In this document: piece by piece, positions 19,788 to 29,504 of the stretch
Layout of the letters: every line of letters starts with the position of its first letter
Numbering within the stretch: the first letter of the stretch is position 1
Assembly (NCBI GenBank): GCA_965198175.1
Contig: OZ240245.1
Span: 3,424,001-3,488,000 of the forward strand
Origin: Candidatus Poribacteria bacterium
GTDB lineage: Bacteria > Poribacteria > WGA-4E > PCPOR2b
Direction of reading: 5' to 3'
DNA length: 64,000 bases
Notes under the pieces: model-generated
Database searches by the model: none
What the model saw: the letters and a program-made list of their open reading frames with translations, nothing else
Told to the model about the DNA's origin: nothing
Translations under genes and position numbers: made by a program

Positions 19788-20702
19788 TTAAGAAGGTATT
19801 TTTGGTTTTAGCTTGGTGGTTGTGGATTCTACTGTACGATTGGTTGCATGTGAAATATCTGGCTTATCTACTTTGTGCCGATGTGCCATATACTGCGCTT
19901 CAAATTCAAAAGGTGTCCTATAGCCAAGTGCTGAATGAGGCCTTTGCTGATTATACACAACATCTAAAACCGGACAGAGCTGCCTATAGGCGTCGTGAAA
20001 ATCTTGATACTCCGAGTCAACGATGTATTCGTCCTTGAGCCGACCAATGGTGCTCTCAATGTATGGATTTTGCCACGGCTTCGCACGGTCTGTCATGGAA
20101 ATGCGACACGGTATGGCTCTCAATTGCTGACAATACTTCTCAGCAATGTACTGTCCGCCTCGGTCTGAATGATGGATTTGCGGACGATGCTGTCTTGCTA
20201 ATGCTTTTCTCAGTGCCTCAGACAGCAGCTTGACTGACATCTCTTTCGACAACGCCCAGCCTCTTATGGTTCGGGTAAAAACATCAAACAATAGCGGTAG
20301 ATAAGCCATTTTACCGTAGGCTAGTGGAACATAGGTGATATCTGCACACCAAATCTGGTCAGGATAATTGACCGATAAATCCTTGAGCAAATTCGGATAT
20401 GGGTATCGTCCGGGTTGACTGTTGGTGGTAATAACCCGCTTTCGCCTAGGACGCACCTGAAGCCCGAGTTCTCCAACGAGACGTTGAACCCTTTTTCGGT
20501 TGACAACCAACCCTTGACGATGCAGTTCATTCGTGATTCTGCGATACCCATAGCGGTGATGCGATAAGCGTATCTGTTCGATATGCTGACGAAGTTGAGC
20601 ATCACGCTCGGCTTTGGACGCGTAGTAGAAACTGCTTCGAGATAAGCCTAGCACATCACACAATAGGGTAATGGGAAATGCTTTGCTGCCGCGTTTCGCC
20701 AC
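19788..20702 (-). CDS. IS3 transposase OrfB (DDE integrase core)
   Basis: YGYRRI, WCADITY, HHSDRGGQY, N---ES, YN--RPHSALGY-TP. Confidence 0.93.
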   Translation of the reverse strand: MAKRGSKAFPITLLCDVLGLSRSSFYYASKAERDAQLRQHIEQIRLSHHRYGYRRITNELHRQGLVVNRKRVQRLVGELGLQVRPRRKRVITTNSQPGRYPYPNLLKDLSVNYPDQIWCADITYVPLAYGKMAYLPLLFDVFTRTIRGWALSKEMSVKLLSEALRKALARQHRPQIHHSDRGGQYIAEKYCQQLRAIPCRISMTDRAKPWQNPYIESTIGRLKDEYIVDSEYQDFHDAYRQLCPVLDVVYNQQRPHSALGYRTPFEFEAQYMAHRHKVDKPDISHATNRTVESTTTKLKPKIPS

Positions 20703-20716
20703 TTCCCGTTTCTGCT

Positions 20717-21010
20717 TTACCGAGAGCCGAAGTAACTCAATACTTTTTTTGAGGCAGACAACTCCAGTGTCAATTGCCCGACGAGACGCTCCAGTTCAGC
20801 GATGCGCGCGTTGGAGGCGTTCTTGTGGTTGTGTTCAGCGACAAAGAGATTCGCAGCGTTGTCCATGAAGTGTTGGCGCCATTTGGACAGTAAGGTATCG
20901 CTGATTTGATATTGGTTACAAATTTCAACTGGGCGTTTCCGCCCACTGATGATGTCTAGCACACATTCGAGCTTAAATTCGGGTGTAAATTGCCGTCTTT
21001 TCTTCGACAT
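20717..21010 (-). CDS. IS3 transposase OrfA (HTH)
   Basis: RRQFTPEFK...W...RIAELERLVG; A-AAA-AAG slippery site near 20743-20750. Confidence 0.92.
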   Translation of the reverse strand: MSKKRRQFTPEFKLECVLDIISGRKRPVEICNQYQISDTLLSKWRQHFMDNAANLFVAEHNHKNASNARIAELERLVGQLTLELSASKKVLSYFGSR

Positions 21011-21154
21011 GATAGCCCCTTTCTGGACGTTTAGCTATTATAAAATCCTCCTTAGCTCGCTGTCCAGTTTTTTGGGGTCACGTCATAGTTCTAAAAACCA
21101 AATTGCTACCTGAAAGACACCCCTGCAAAAAAGTTCTCCCACTCTAACGTATTG

Positions 21155-21228
21155 TCGGGAATCGGAATTCCCTCCTACCGGCAGCTCTTGTAGGTTGGGT
21201 TGAGCCAACGGCGATACCCAACCTACGA
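21155..21228. repeat. Composite REP unit at the left edge of the R-M island
   Basis: TCGGGAATCGGAATTCCCTCCTAC plus GTAGGTTGGGT...ACCCAACCTAC palindrome; related unit at 32456-32541. Confidence 0.7.
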
Positions 21229-21413
21229 CCTACTTTCGGAACAGGTCGGATTAGCTCTTTTGGGCTAACGGATGAAATTGTAGAACCCAGATTGTTTTAC
21301 ACGGCGTTCAACCCGCTCAATGCCTTGGATGCACGCTGTCATAAAATCAGAATTATCCCTCAAGACAATTAGCCTGCGTTAGCCTATATCTCTTAGCTCA
21401 GTTTGCGACGCGC

Positions 21414-23171
21414 CTACGAATCAGCGACGGAGTCCAACACTTCACTCAGCAGACCTTCGTTCTTCCGCTCTAGCGTCAACAACTCGGCGGCAATCTCGTT
21501 GAGGGAACGCAGCGGCGTATACTGGTAGAAATACCGATTGAAGTTAATCTCGTATCCGACCTTGTCTTTCTTTCTGTCCATCCAACTCGTCGGCAGGTGC
21601 GGCTTGACCTCCCGCTGATAGTAATCTTCGATGTCCTCACTGAGCGGCACCCGCTCATAGTCTCGCAGCGCGGTATCCGGTTTCGGATTGCCTTTCTTGC
21701 CCGTGACAGCGACCTGCTTCTCCTCATCCAGAATCTTTTTCGTTTCGACCAGTGGTCTCTCAACCGTGACTTTGGTGTAGCCGAAGAATTCATTTGGGTA
21801 AATCTTGCAGTGTTCGTTCTCCTCAAAATTGGTGTAGAGTTCTACCAGACGACGAATATGGGCGTCCGAGATGAAAACGCTCTTGGCGCCAAGGTTTCGC
21901 TTCATCTTGTCGAAGAAACCTGCGCCGTTGATTAGTTGTATCATTCCACGTCGTTCCTCGGATTTTTGATTCGTCAAGATCCAGATATAGGTTGCGATAC
22001 TGGTGTTGAAAAACAGCTTATCGGGCAGGGCGACAATACACTCCAACCAGTCGTTTTCGATAATCCAGCGCCGAATCTCACTCTCGCCGCTACCGGCATC
22101 GCCCGTGAAGAGCGGGGAACCGTTAAAGACAATACCGATTCGACTGCCGCGGTGTTCCATCTTGGACAGCATGTGCTGCAGGAACAGCAACGCCCCGTCG
22201 GAGGTGCGCGGCGTGCCAACGGCGAATCTGCCGCTAGGGTTTTCGGCATCCGACTTCACCGACTGTTCATCGGACTTCCAACTGACGCCAAACGGCGGAT
22301 TCGTAATCATATAGTCGAAACGCTGTCCTTGAAATTGGTCGTTCGATAGCGAGGAGCCGAGTTGGATTGAGTCGGGGTCCTCACCGGTAATCAGCATGTC
22401 CGATTTGCAGATAGCGTAGGTCTGTGCATTGAGTTCTTGACCGAGCAGGCGAAGTTCGGCTGAGCGGTTGATGTGTTCTAGGAAGTATTCCTTGCCGATG
22501 GTCAGCATGCCGCCCGTTCCGCAACAGGGATCGAAAATGCTGCGGACAACACCCTGTCCCTGCAAATTTTCGCGGTGTTCCGCGAACAGCAGCGAGACCA
22601 GCAGCCTTACTACGTCACGCGGCGTGTAGTGTTCCCCGCTGGTTTCGTTGGACATCTCCGAGAAACGGCGGAGCAGTTCCTCAAAGACCTGACCCATGAT
22701 GTGGTTGTCCACTTTGTTGGGGTGCAAGTCCACTTCAGTGAATTTGCTGCAGAAGATGAACAGCCGGTTGTTCCGGTCCAACCGCTCAATAAACCCATCT
22801 AGGTTGAAGTTTTCGATGATGTCCCGGACATCCACACTGAATCCGTTCAGGTAATTCTCGAAGTTGTGGCGTATGTTAGTCGGCTCATCTTTCAGCCGGG
22901 CGAGGTCGTATTGGGAGGTGTTGTAGAATTGGGTGCCAGTGGCTTTCAAGATAATTGGCGGCAGCCTGTCTTCTGACACCTTGTCTTTAAATTGGTTGTA
23001 GGCGTTGATGGCTTTCTTTTTTCGTTCATCCTCCTCCAAGATACAGTCCAGTCGGCGCAGCACAAGGAACGGGAGCGTGACATCGCCGTATTCGTGCGGC
23101 TTGAACAACCCGCGCAGCACATCGTCCGCCACATTCCAAACGAGATTTGCCAGTTCTTGATAGTTTGCCAT
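21414..23171 (-). CDS. hsdM: Type I R-M methyltransferase subunit
   Basis: GEHYTPRDVV, DPCCGTGG, NPPF motifs. Confidence 0.95.
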   Translation of the reverse strand: MANYQELANLVWNVADDVLRGLFKPHEYGDVTLPFLVLRRLDCILEEDERKKKAINAYNQFKDKVSEDRLPPIILKATGTQFYNTSQYDLARLKDEPTNIRHNFENYLNGFSVDVRDIIENFNLDGFIERLDRNNRLFIFCSKFTEVDLHPNKVDNHIMGQVFEELLRRFSEMSNETSGEHYTPRDVVRLLVSLLFAEHRENLQGQGVVRSIFDPCCGTGGMLTIGKEYFLEHINRSAELRLLGQELNAQTYAICKSDMLITGEDPDSIQLGSSLSNDQFQGQRFDYMITNPPFGVSWKSDEQSVKSDAENPSGRFAVGTPRTSDGALLFLQHMLSKMEHRGSRIGIVFNGSPLFTGDAGSGESEIRRWIIENDWLECIVALPDKLFFNTSIATYIWILTNQKSEERRGMIQLINGAGFFDKMKRNLGAKSVFISDAHIRRLVELYTNFEENEHCKIYPNEFFGYTKVTVERPLVETKKILDEEKQVAVTGKKGNPKPDTALRDYERVPLSEDIEDYYQREVKPHLPTSWMDRKKDKVGYEINFNRYFYQYTPLRSLNEIAAELLTLERKNEGLLSEVLDSVADS

Positions 23172-23181
23172 ACGTTTTATG

Positions 23182-23930
23182 AACCTCCTTCCTCCTTAGT
23201 AAGGAGGGGGACAAAAAGCACTTTGCCTGCACTCCAATTCAACCTTTCTTTTCACGAGCGACAGGTTCTAGCGCAAGGATAATTCTCCCCATTTACAAGG
23301 GGAGTAAGATGGGGTAAATTTATTCGTCGTGTTAATCTCCCCTAACCCCTCCACAGTAAGGAGGGGGACAAAAAGCACTCTTCCTGCGCTCCTGTACAAC
23401 CTTTCTTTTCACGAGCGACAGGTTCTAGCGCAAGGCTAATTCTCCCCATTTACAAGGGGAGCGGGATGGGGTAAATTTTTTCGTCGTGTTAACCTCCCCT
23501 AAGCCCTCCTTATTAGGGAGGGGGACAATAAGCACTTTGCCTGCACTCCAATTCAACCTTTCTTTTCACGAGCGACAGGTTCTAGTGCAAAGATAATTCT
23601 CCCCATTTACAAGGGGAGCGAGAGGGGGTAAATTTATTCGTCGTCTCAACCTCCCCTAACCCCTCCTTAGTAAGGAGGGGAACAAAAAGCACTTTGCCTG
23701 CGCTCCTGTACAACCTTTCTTTTCACGAGCGACAGGTTCTAGTGCAATGACAATTCTCCCCCTTTACAAGGGGGAGCGAGAGGGGGTAAATCAATCCGTC
23801 GTCTCAACCTCCCCTAACCCCTCCTTAGTAAGGAGGGGGATAAAAGCACTTTTCCTCCGCGCTCATTCAACTTACACCTGCAAGCTAATCTTAATTCTCC
23901 CCCTTGATAAGGGGGAGTTAGTGGGGGTCA
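23182..23930. repeat. Tandem array of about five 157-158 bp units, each motif A + linker + motif B
   Basis: Units start at about 23182, 23334, 23491, 23648, 23806; linkers near-identical in the first four. Confidence 0.92.
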
Positions 23931-24311
23931 GGTCGAAACTCCTGATTTCTCCATCCGCTCCACTGTTTGCCTGATACACTCCAAAACCCCTTCGAAATTT
24001 TCGCAAACTTGTGAATTCGTAAAACGCAGAAAGCGAATACCAAATTTCTCAATGAACTCTTGCCGTGTCAGGTCATATTTTCTAGCCCCAGCTTGGAAAT
24101 GCGTATCACCATCAATTTCGATTGCCAGTTTTAGTGCTGGGCAATAGAAATCGAGGATGTACACACCGACGCTATACTGTCTGCGGAACTTATAACCACA
24201 CATCTGTTTTGCCCGTAACTTAGACCAAACCAAAGTTTCTGCTTCAGTCATGTTTTTCCGCAGTTTGTGTCTTTTCTCCTTTTCGCTCGTTCTATTGAAA
24301 AATCGTGTCAT
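23928..24311 (-). CDS. DUF559 (Vsr-like) endonuclease
   Basis: LRKNMTEAE--W--LR...KFRRQ...YILDFYC...LAIEIDGDTH...D--R...GIRFLRF-N; the longer 201-aa call runs into repeats. Confidence 0.92.
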   Translation of the reverse strand: MTRFFNRTSEKEKRHKLRKNMTEAETLVWSKLRAKQMCGYKFRRQYSVGVYILDFYCPALKLAIEIDGDTHFQAGARKYDLTRQEFIEKFGIRFLRFTNSQVCENFEGVLECIRQTVERMEKSGVST

Positions 24312-24349
24312 ATTCCCGTCCGCGTCCCCTCTAAGTTCCCGAACCACAA

Positions 24350-24720
24350 TCCACCCTTTATAAGCGGGAGTTAGAGGCGGTGATGTTTTTTCTGATTCAA
24401 CCTCCCCTAGCCCCTCCTTAGTAAGGAGGGGAATGATTATTGTGTTCTCCTTTTCACAAAGCAGAGTGCGCGGGCGTGAAGCGCAAAAAAAGTCCTCCCC
24501 CTTTACAAGGGGGAGCGAGAGGGGGTAAATCAATCCGTCGTCTCAACCTCCCCTAACCCCTCCTTAGTAAGGAGGGGGATAAAAGCACTTTTCCTCCGCG
24601 CTTATTCAACCTGTACCTGCAAGTCCATCTTGATTTTCCCTCTTTCTACGGTGGAGCGAGAGGGGTCTGGCATTTCGCCATCCAGAACCTCCCCTTACCC
24701 CTCCTTGGTAAGGAGGGGAA
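24350..24720. repeat. A/B repeat cluster upstream of the DUF559 gene
   Basis: Motif A at about 24399, 24545, 24686; motif B at about 24495 plus degenerate copies. Confidence 0.88.
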
Positions 24721-24735
24721 TAAAATTTATTGGTT

Positions 24736-27702
24736 TCACAAACCCGATGGCGTTGACGGTTGGCGATAATCCTTATACAGTAGACGCTTTAGGTCGGTGT
24801 TAACCTCCTGCTTCGTCAGCTTGTTGTAAAGGTCGAGTTTGGTATTGACAAAATCCAATAAGATATCGTCAAACACCTGATGAAACTTGAAGCGTTTGTT
24901 GCTCTCCGTATTATCTCCCTCAATCACCTGCCGGAGCGACTCGTCAGCGTTCACCTTTTGGCGAATGGTCTCAATGTCAACCTTATCCTCGTCCGTGAAG
25001 TCGGTCTGATAGGTATCATTCAGTGTCTGGATGATAATTGAGAGCAGGTCGTGCTCCGGGTCTTTGCTAGGGGACTCATCGCCGCCAATGCCGGGCACCT
25101 CACTATCACCCGGGTCGAGATACAGCTTTTGGCTATCATGAATCTTCTGCACACGGAACGAATCCAAGTCCACGGCCGCCAAGACATCGCTCACATCTTC
25201 GTATTCGCGTTTGGGCAGCTTCTTGTTGAGACTGCGGCAGAAGACGTAGAGCTTCTCCAGCGCGGGGTCGGTGAACGTAATCAATTGTGAGATGTATCCG
25301 TAGAGGCGGATGTAGCTCTGCAATGCGGAACGAAACTCCTCGCGTTCCTCGGACTCCCGCTCCGACCATTTATCGACGACACTGTCAAGAATAGGTTGTA
25401 GTTGTTCATTGGTCTGATTTTCGTCATAGAAGACAAGGCACAATCCGTCGACCGTATCGACATCGAAGAGATCGAAATCCTCAAGCCGCCGCTGCAGGTC
25501 ATACAACCGATTCGGGTCGGTTTCCTCTTCAAGCATTGTCGTCTCATAGTATTGCTGAAACGCCTCTTGTATGTCGTCCGGTTCGTTCACAAAGTCGAGC
25601 ACGAGCGTCTCCGTCTTGCCGGGCGCGACGCGGTTCAGGCGACTTAGGCTCTGGACGCATTGAAGCCCGTCCAACCGCTTATCGACGTACATCGTCTGCA
25701 GCAGCGGTTCATCGAAACCGGTCAAGAACTTATTCGCTACAATCAGAATCCGATACTCCGGACGCTTGAAGGTGTCCGCAATCGAAACGCTTTGCACCAG
25801 ATTGTTCATGCTGTTTTCGGTGTAGTCCCGCCCGACATCGGTATCGTGCACCGTGCCGCTGAACGCCACCAGACACTCGTAGTGCAGGTTCAACTCCCTC
25901 ATCTGCCGATCGAATTCCGATTTGTATCGCACACAGTGCATCCGAGATGGCGTGATTAGCATCGCCCGCCCCTTCCCTTCAATAGTCCTTGCGGTATGTT
26001 CGACGAAGTGCTCTAGGATAATCCGCGTCTTTGTCTCAATGCTATGGGGCTGGAGGTCAACGTAATTCGTCAGCGTCCGAAGCGTCCGCCCCTTTTCATA
26101 CGCTTTATCCTCCGGTACGCTCTTGACTAGTTCAAAATATCGCTTAAACGTGGTGTAGTTCTGCAGCACGTCAAGTGTAAAGCCTTCGCTGATGCTCTGA
26201 CGCATCGAGTAGACGTGGAACGGCAGGTATTTTCCGCTTTCGTTCTTTCGACCAAACAGTTCCAATGTCTTGTTCTTCGGGGTGCCGCTGAACCCGAAAT
26301 AGGAGATATGGTTTTGCGCCCGGCGCCGCTCCATCTCCGCAATAATCCGCGCGTCCATGTCCGATACGTCGGGTTCGTCTTCGTCCGTTGTTCCACTCTC
26401 AATCCCTTTCGAGAGCGACACTTTGAGGTTCTTTGCGGCTTCGCCGCTCTGCGAGGAGTGGACTTCATCGACAATCACGGCGAAGGTCTTGCTTTTAAGT
26501 TCCCCGATCGTCTCCGCGATTACGCTGAACTTCTGAATCGTGGAGATGATGATGTCTTTTCCGGATTCGAGGAAAGCCTTGAGTTGCGCCGAGGTCTTAT
26601 CAACGGAGTGCACCACGCCGGCAACCCGCTCCATCTGCTTGATTGTCGCCTGAAGCTGCCGGTCAAGCACCCGCCGATCGGTTACGACGATGATAGAGTC
26701 GAAGATGCGGTCGGTATCTTCGGGAGAGCGGTACAGATGCGTGAGCAGGTGCGCCAGCCATGCAATCGAGTTCGACTTTCCGCTGCCGGTGGCGTGTTGG
26801 ATTAAGTAGGTGAGTCCAACGCCCTCCGCAATAACCGCCGCCTTCAATTTGCGAATTACGTCAAGTTGGTGGTATCGCGGGAAAACCAGCACCGGGTGCT
26901 CCACATCTTTCACTTCGCCGAGTTCAGGATCGTAGACCTTGTCAGTGACTTCCTGTTCATGGATGAAATCGCCGATTAACTCCATTACGTTGTCTGGCTT
27001 CAAGATATCCTCCCACAGGTAGGCGACCTTGTGCCCGTCCGGGTTAACCGGGTTTTCGATTCCACGATTGAACGGAAAGAAGCGCGTCTCGCCGCCCTGT
27101 AGGCGTGTCGTCATGGAGACCTTCTCGTTACCGACGGCGAAGTGAACCAGACAGCGCCGGAATCGGAACAGCGGCTCTCTCGGATCCCGATCAGTGCGGT
27201 ACTGCTTTTCGGCGTCCGCCACCACCTGACCGGTCAGGCTGTTCTTCAGTTCCATCGTCACCAGCGGCAAACCGTTGAGGAAAAGCACCATATCCAGTGA
27301 TTTCTCAATTTTCTGCGAATACTTCAACTGTCGGACCAGAGAGAATCGGTTCTGCGCGTAACGCTGCTGCAGGTCGGGGTTCATGCCGCTTGCCGGGCGG
27401 AAATAGGTCAAGTCGAAGTAGCAACCACTATCTTTAACCCCTTTCCGCAGCACATCCAACACGCCGCGACGCTCGATCTGTCTACTTATTTCGTCGAGAA
27501 GCTTCTCCGGTGTTTCCTTCTGGTATTGTCGTTCCAATTTCTGGTACGTTTTCGGTTGTGTGCCATGAATAAACTCCAGCATCTCATCGTGTATCAGGCA
27601 GAGGCGCTTATTATAAAAGACAGGTTGCCGCGACCGGTAACCTGAACGATTCAGGTGCGCTTCAATGTGGTCTTCAAAATTTTCTTCTTTATACGTCGGC
27701 AC
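24736..27702 (-). CDS. hsdR: Type I R-M restriction subunit
   Basis: D...NGLP-V--ELKN nuclease motif, HATGSGKS, DEVHSSQ, FSGTP, TGFD-P, QSLSRLNR. Confidence 0.95.
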   Translation of the reverse strand: MPTYKEENFEDHIEAHLNRSGYRSRQPVFYNKRLCLIHDEMLEFIHGTQPKTYQKLERQYQKETPEKLLDEISRQIERRGVLDVLRKGVKDSGCYFDLTYFRPASGMNPDLQQRYAQNRFSLVRQLKYSQKIEKSLDMVLFLNGLPLVTMELKNSLTGQVVADAEKQYRTDRDPREPLFRFRRCLVHFAVGNEKVSMTTRLQGGETRFFPFNRGIENPVNPDGHKVAYLWEDILKPDNVMELIGDFIHEQEVTDKVYDPELGEVKDVEHPVLVFPRYHQLDVIRKLKAAVIAEGVGLTYLIQHATGSGKSNSIAWLAHLLTHLYRSPEDTDRIFDSIIVVTDRRVLDRQLQATIKQMERVAGVVHSVDKTSAQLKAFLESGKDIIISTIQKFSVIAETIGELKSKTFAVIVDEVHSSQSGEAAKNLKVSLSKGIESGTTDEDEPDVSDMDARIIAEMERRRAQNHISYFGFSGTPKNKTLELFGRKNESGKYLPFHVYSMRQSISEGFTLDVLQNYTTFKRYFELVKSVPEDKAYEKGRTLRTLTNYVDLQPHSIETKTRIILEHFVEHTARTIEGKGRAMLITPSRMHCVRYKSEFDRQMRELNLHYECLVAFSGTVHDTDVGRDYTENSMNNLVQSVSIADTFKRPEYRILIVANKFLTGFDEPLLQTMYVDKRLDGLQCVQSLSRLNRVAPGKTETLVLDFVNEPDDIQEAFQQYYETTMLEEETDPNRLYDLQRRLEDFDLFDVDTVDGLCLVFYDENQTNEQLQPILDSVVDKWSERESEEREEFRSALQSYIRLYGYISQLITFTDPALEKLYVFCRSLNKKLPKREYEDVSDVLAAVDLDSFRVQKIHDSQKLYLDPGDSEVPGIGGDESPSKDPEHDLLSIIIQTLNDTYQTDFTDEDKVDIETIRQKVNADESLRQVIEGDNTESNKRFKFHQVFDDILLDFVNTKLDLYNKLTKQEVNTDLKRLLYKDYRQPSTPSGL

Positions 27703-27705
27703 GGT

Positions 27706-28959
27706 CTATACCTCGCTTCGGACATCTATCTTGCCGGTCACGGCATCTGAGATAAGGGATTGGCGGTATTCTTTGAGGAGCTCGATGCTTCGCTGTTCTT
27801 CGGATATGAGTTCGTCAATCTGTACGGTTTTGTGGTCAAGGAAGTCGGCGATTTTGGATTGTTCCCTAACTGGAGGTGCTGGTGTGGACATCCGAAAGAA
27901 TGCATCAGGGTACAATCTTAATCTAGAATGCCAAACCCCTTTTGACCAGCGAATAATTTCGCTGATGTGATTTGGAGTTTGGCAGAGGTAATCGTAATAT
28001 CGGGGCAGGTATTCGTTGCTCTTTAATCTGTAAACGTTGTAAGATGGACTTACAATTCCGTCATATTCTGAAATTCCTAATGCACCCATCCATGCCCACA
28101 TGGTGTTGATGACTAAATTCCCCACGGAGCAGCGCTTATATCCTTCCATGTTTGAAGCCAAAAACATAGTTACGTTCTTGTCTGCTCTTGGGGAAACACC
28201 GGTCAAATGGGAAACTGTGAGTAATGTTTCGTTTCCAGAGACCGACCTGTCGTTTTGTTCATCGAAGATATGCTTGTTTCTAGTGAATTTCCAATGCACT
28301 GGAATCTCCCCAATCCACTCCACGCCCGACGGTTTCATCTCCACATTCGGGTCAAGCCCCTTTGTCACCGCCTGATTTATCAGTGCGGTTCGTTGTTCTC
28401 GCAGCAGTTCTATCTTTCGTTCCTTGACGCGGATGAGCTCGTCAATCTTGCCCGTCTTGCGGTCGAGGAAGGTGGCGATTTGGGTTTGTTCGGAGGGAAG
28501 CGGGGTGATAACAGTGATATTCATGAGGTGCTCACTCGTTAATTTCGGCTGTGCTGCCCCTGTAATATAGTGAGCATAGTCCAGTGATTCAAGCATATTT
28601 GTGAGATAGTCTATATTGCCATGCTTTGGTCTAAGGATGTGGGCATGATTATTAACCCAGTATTTGCCTGATGCCTTAAATGCAAGCGGAGTTGAACGTA
28701 AGGAAAGATTAGCGCCATCTTCACCAATTAAAATGAGAGGTTCATCAAAAATATAGTTTTCAACTTTGTCAATAACGCCAGAAGCACCATAGTAATCATA
28801 GACCTTTAATTTCATGTTTCCACGAGTTTCTGAGTTCAGCGGAATTCGTAAATTATCTAAAGACTCGAATTCATGCTTCACTTTACTGATAGTCCAATGC
28901 TTCGGTATCTCCCCAATCCAATCCACACCACTATCTTTATACTCAATATAACGCTTCAT
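27706..28959 (-). CDS. hsdS: Type I R-M specificity subunit
   Basis: Repeated SGV-WIGEIP-HW and EQ--IA-FLD-KT--IDELI blocks around two TRDs; SLISDAVTGKIDV end. Confidence 0.95.
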   Translation of the reverse strand: MKRYIEYKDSGVDWIGEIPKHWTISKVKHEFESLDNLRIPLNSETRGNMKLKVYDYYGASGVIDKVENYIFDEPLILIGEDGANLSLRSTPLAFKASGKYWVNNHAHILRPKHGNIDYLTNMLESLDYAHYITGAAQPKLTSEHLMNITVITPLPSEQTQIATFLDRKTGKIDELIRVKERKIELLREQRTALINQAVTKGLDPNVEMKPSGVEWIGEIPVHWKFTRNKHIFDEQNDRSVSGNETLLTVSHLTGVSPRADKNVTMFLASNMEGYKRCSVGNLVINTMWAWMGALGISEYDGIVSPSYNVYRLKSNEYLPRYYDYLCQTPNHISEIIRWSKGVWHSRLRLYPDAFFRMSTPAPPVREQSKIADFLDHKTVQIDELISEEQRSIELLKEYRQSLISDAVTGKIDVRSEV

Positions 28960-28997
28960 AATCTCAGAACCCCATTCAGCAAGCCTAAGTTTTCCGC

Positions 28998-29504
28998 TCA
29001 AGTGCTCCCGCGTAGCCGATGAATGTCATCTTCACAAATAAACTGAACTCTCACATCATGCTGAAGAAGGACGTCGCGGAAATCAAGCCATTGACTATCC
29101 ACAGCTTGCAGGATGGGTGGCTCTTCACAGTGGGCACAAGCAACCGCGACAAACTTTCGGTCATCGGGATCGAATTTTTGCAATGCGGGGTCGTCAGGAA
29201 ATTCTTTAAACTCCGTTTCTAAATTCTCAACGGACGTAATCGAAACTAGGTCACATTGCTCCGGCGTTGCCCAATTCCGCAGGCACCATACAAGAAACCT
29301 ATCACCGGTGCCCGGTTTTCCACTTGAGCTGAGATTTTTTGAGTACTCGTCGAGAATTATCCAATCCGCGTCAAGAACCAATTTCGTCTCGCCACGCATA
29401 ATCTGTTCTAGCCTGTTGATACAGGTTTCCTCACACTTCTTAAAGTCTTGTCCCCATTCGCCATTGGCGACTACAGGAACGTTCGTGTCCACAATTACCT
29501 TCAT
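28998..29504 (-). CDS. PIN-domain protein (putative RNase)
   Basis: VIVDTNV N-terminus, ILDEY, DPDDRKFVAVA, AVD acidic residues. Confidence 0.8.
   Translation of the reverse strand: MKVIVDTNVPVVANGEWGQDFKKCEETCINRLEQIMRGETKLVLDADWIILDEYSKNLSSSGKPGTGDRFLVWCLRNWATPEQCDLVSITSVENLETEFKEFPDDPALQKFDPDDRKFVAVACAHCEEPPILQAVDSQWLDFRDVLLQHDVRVQFICEDDIHRLRGST

Larger units (their letters stand above)
19749..21085 (-). mobile_element. IS3-family insertion sequence, 1337 bp
   Basis: Imperfect terminal inverted repeats TGAAGTGACCCC.../...GGGGTCACGTCA; 3-bp target duplication TAG (19746-19748, 21086-21088); orfA and orfB. Confidence 0.93.

Noticed and set aside
23182..23930. CRISPR array
   Set aside because: Sequences between the repeats are near-identical instead of unique spacers, the period is 157 bp, and there are no cas genes.
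24312..24533. N-terminal extension of the DUF559 ORF, and ORFs such as 32148-32366 and 23747-23974
   Set aside because: They are translations of the A/B repeats (PLLTKEGLGEV, SPNPSLVRRG), not real coding sequence.
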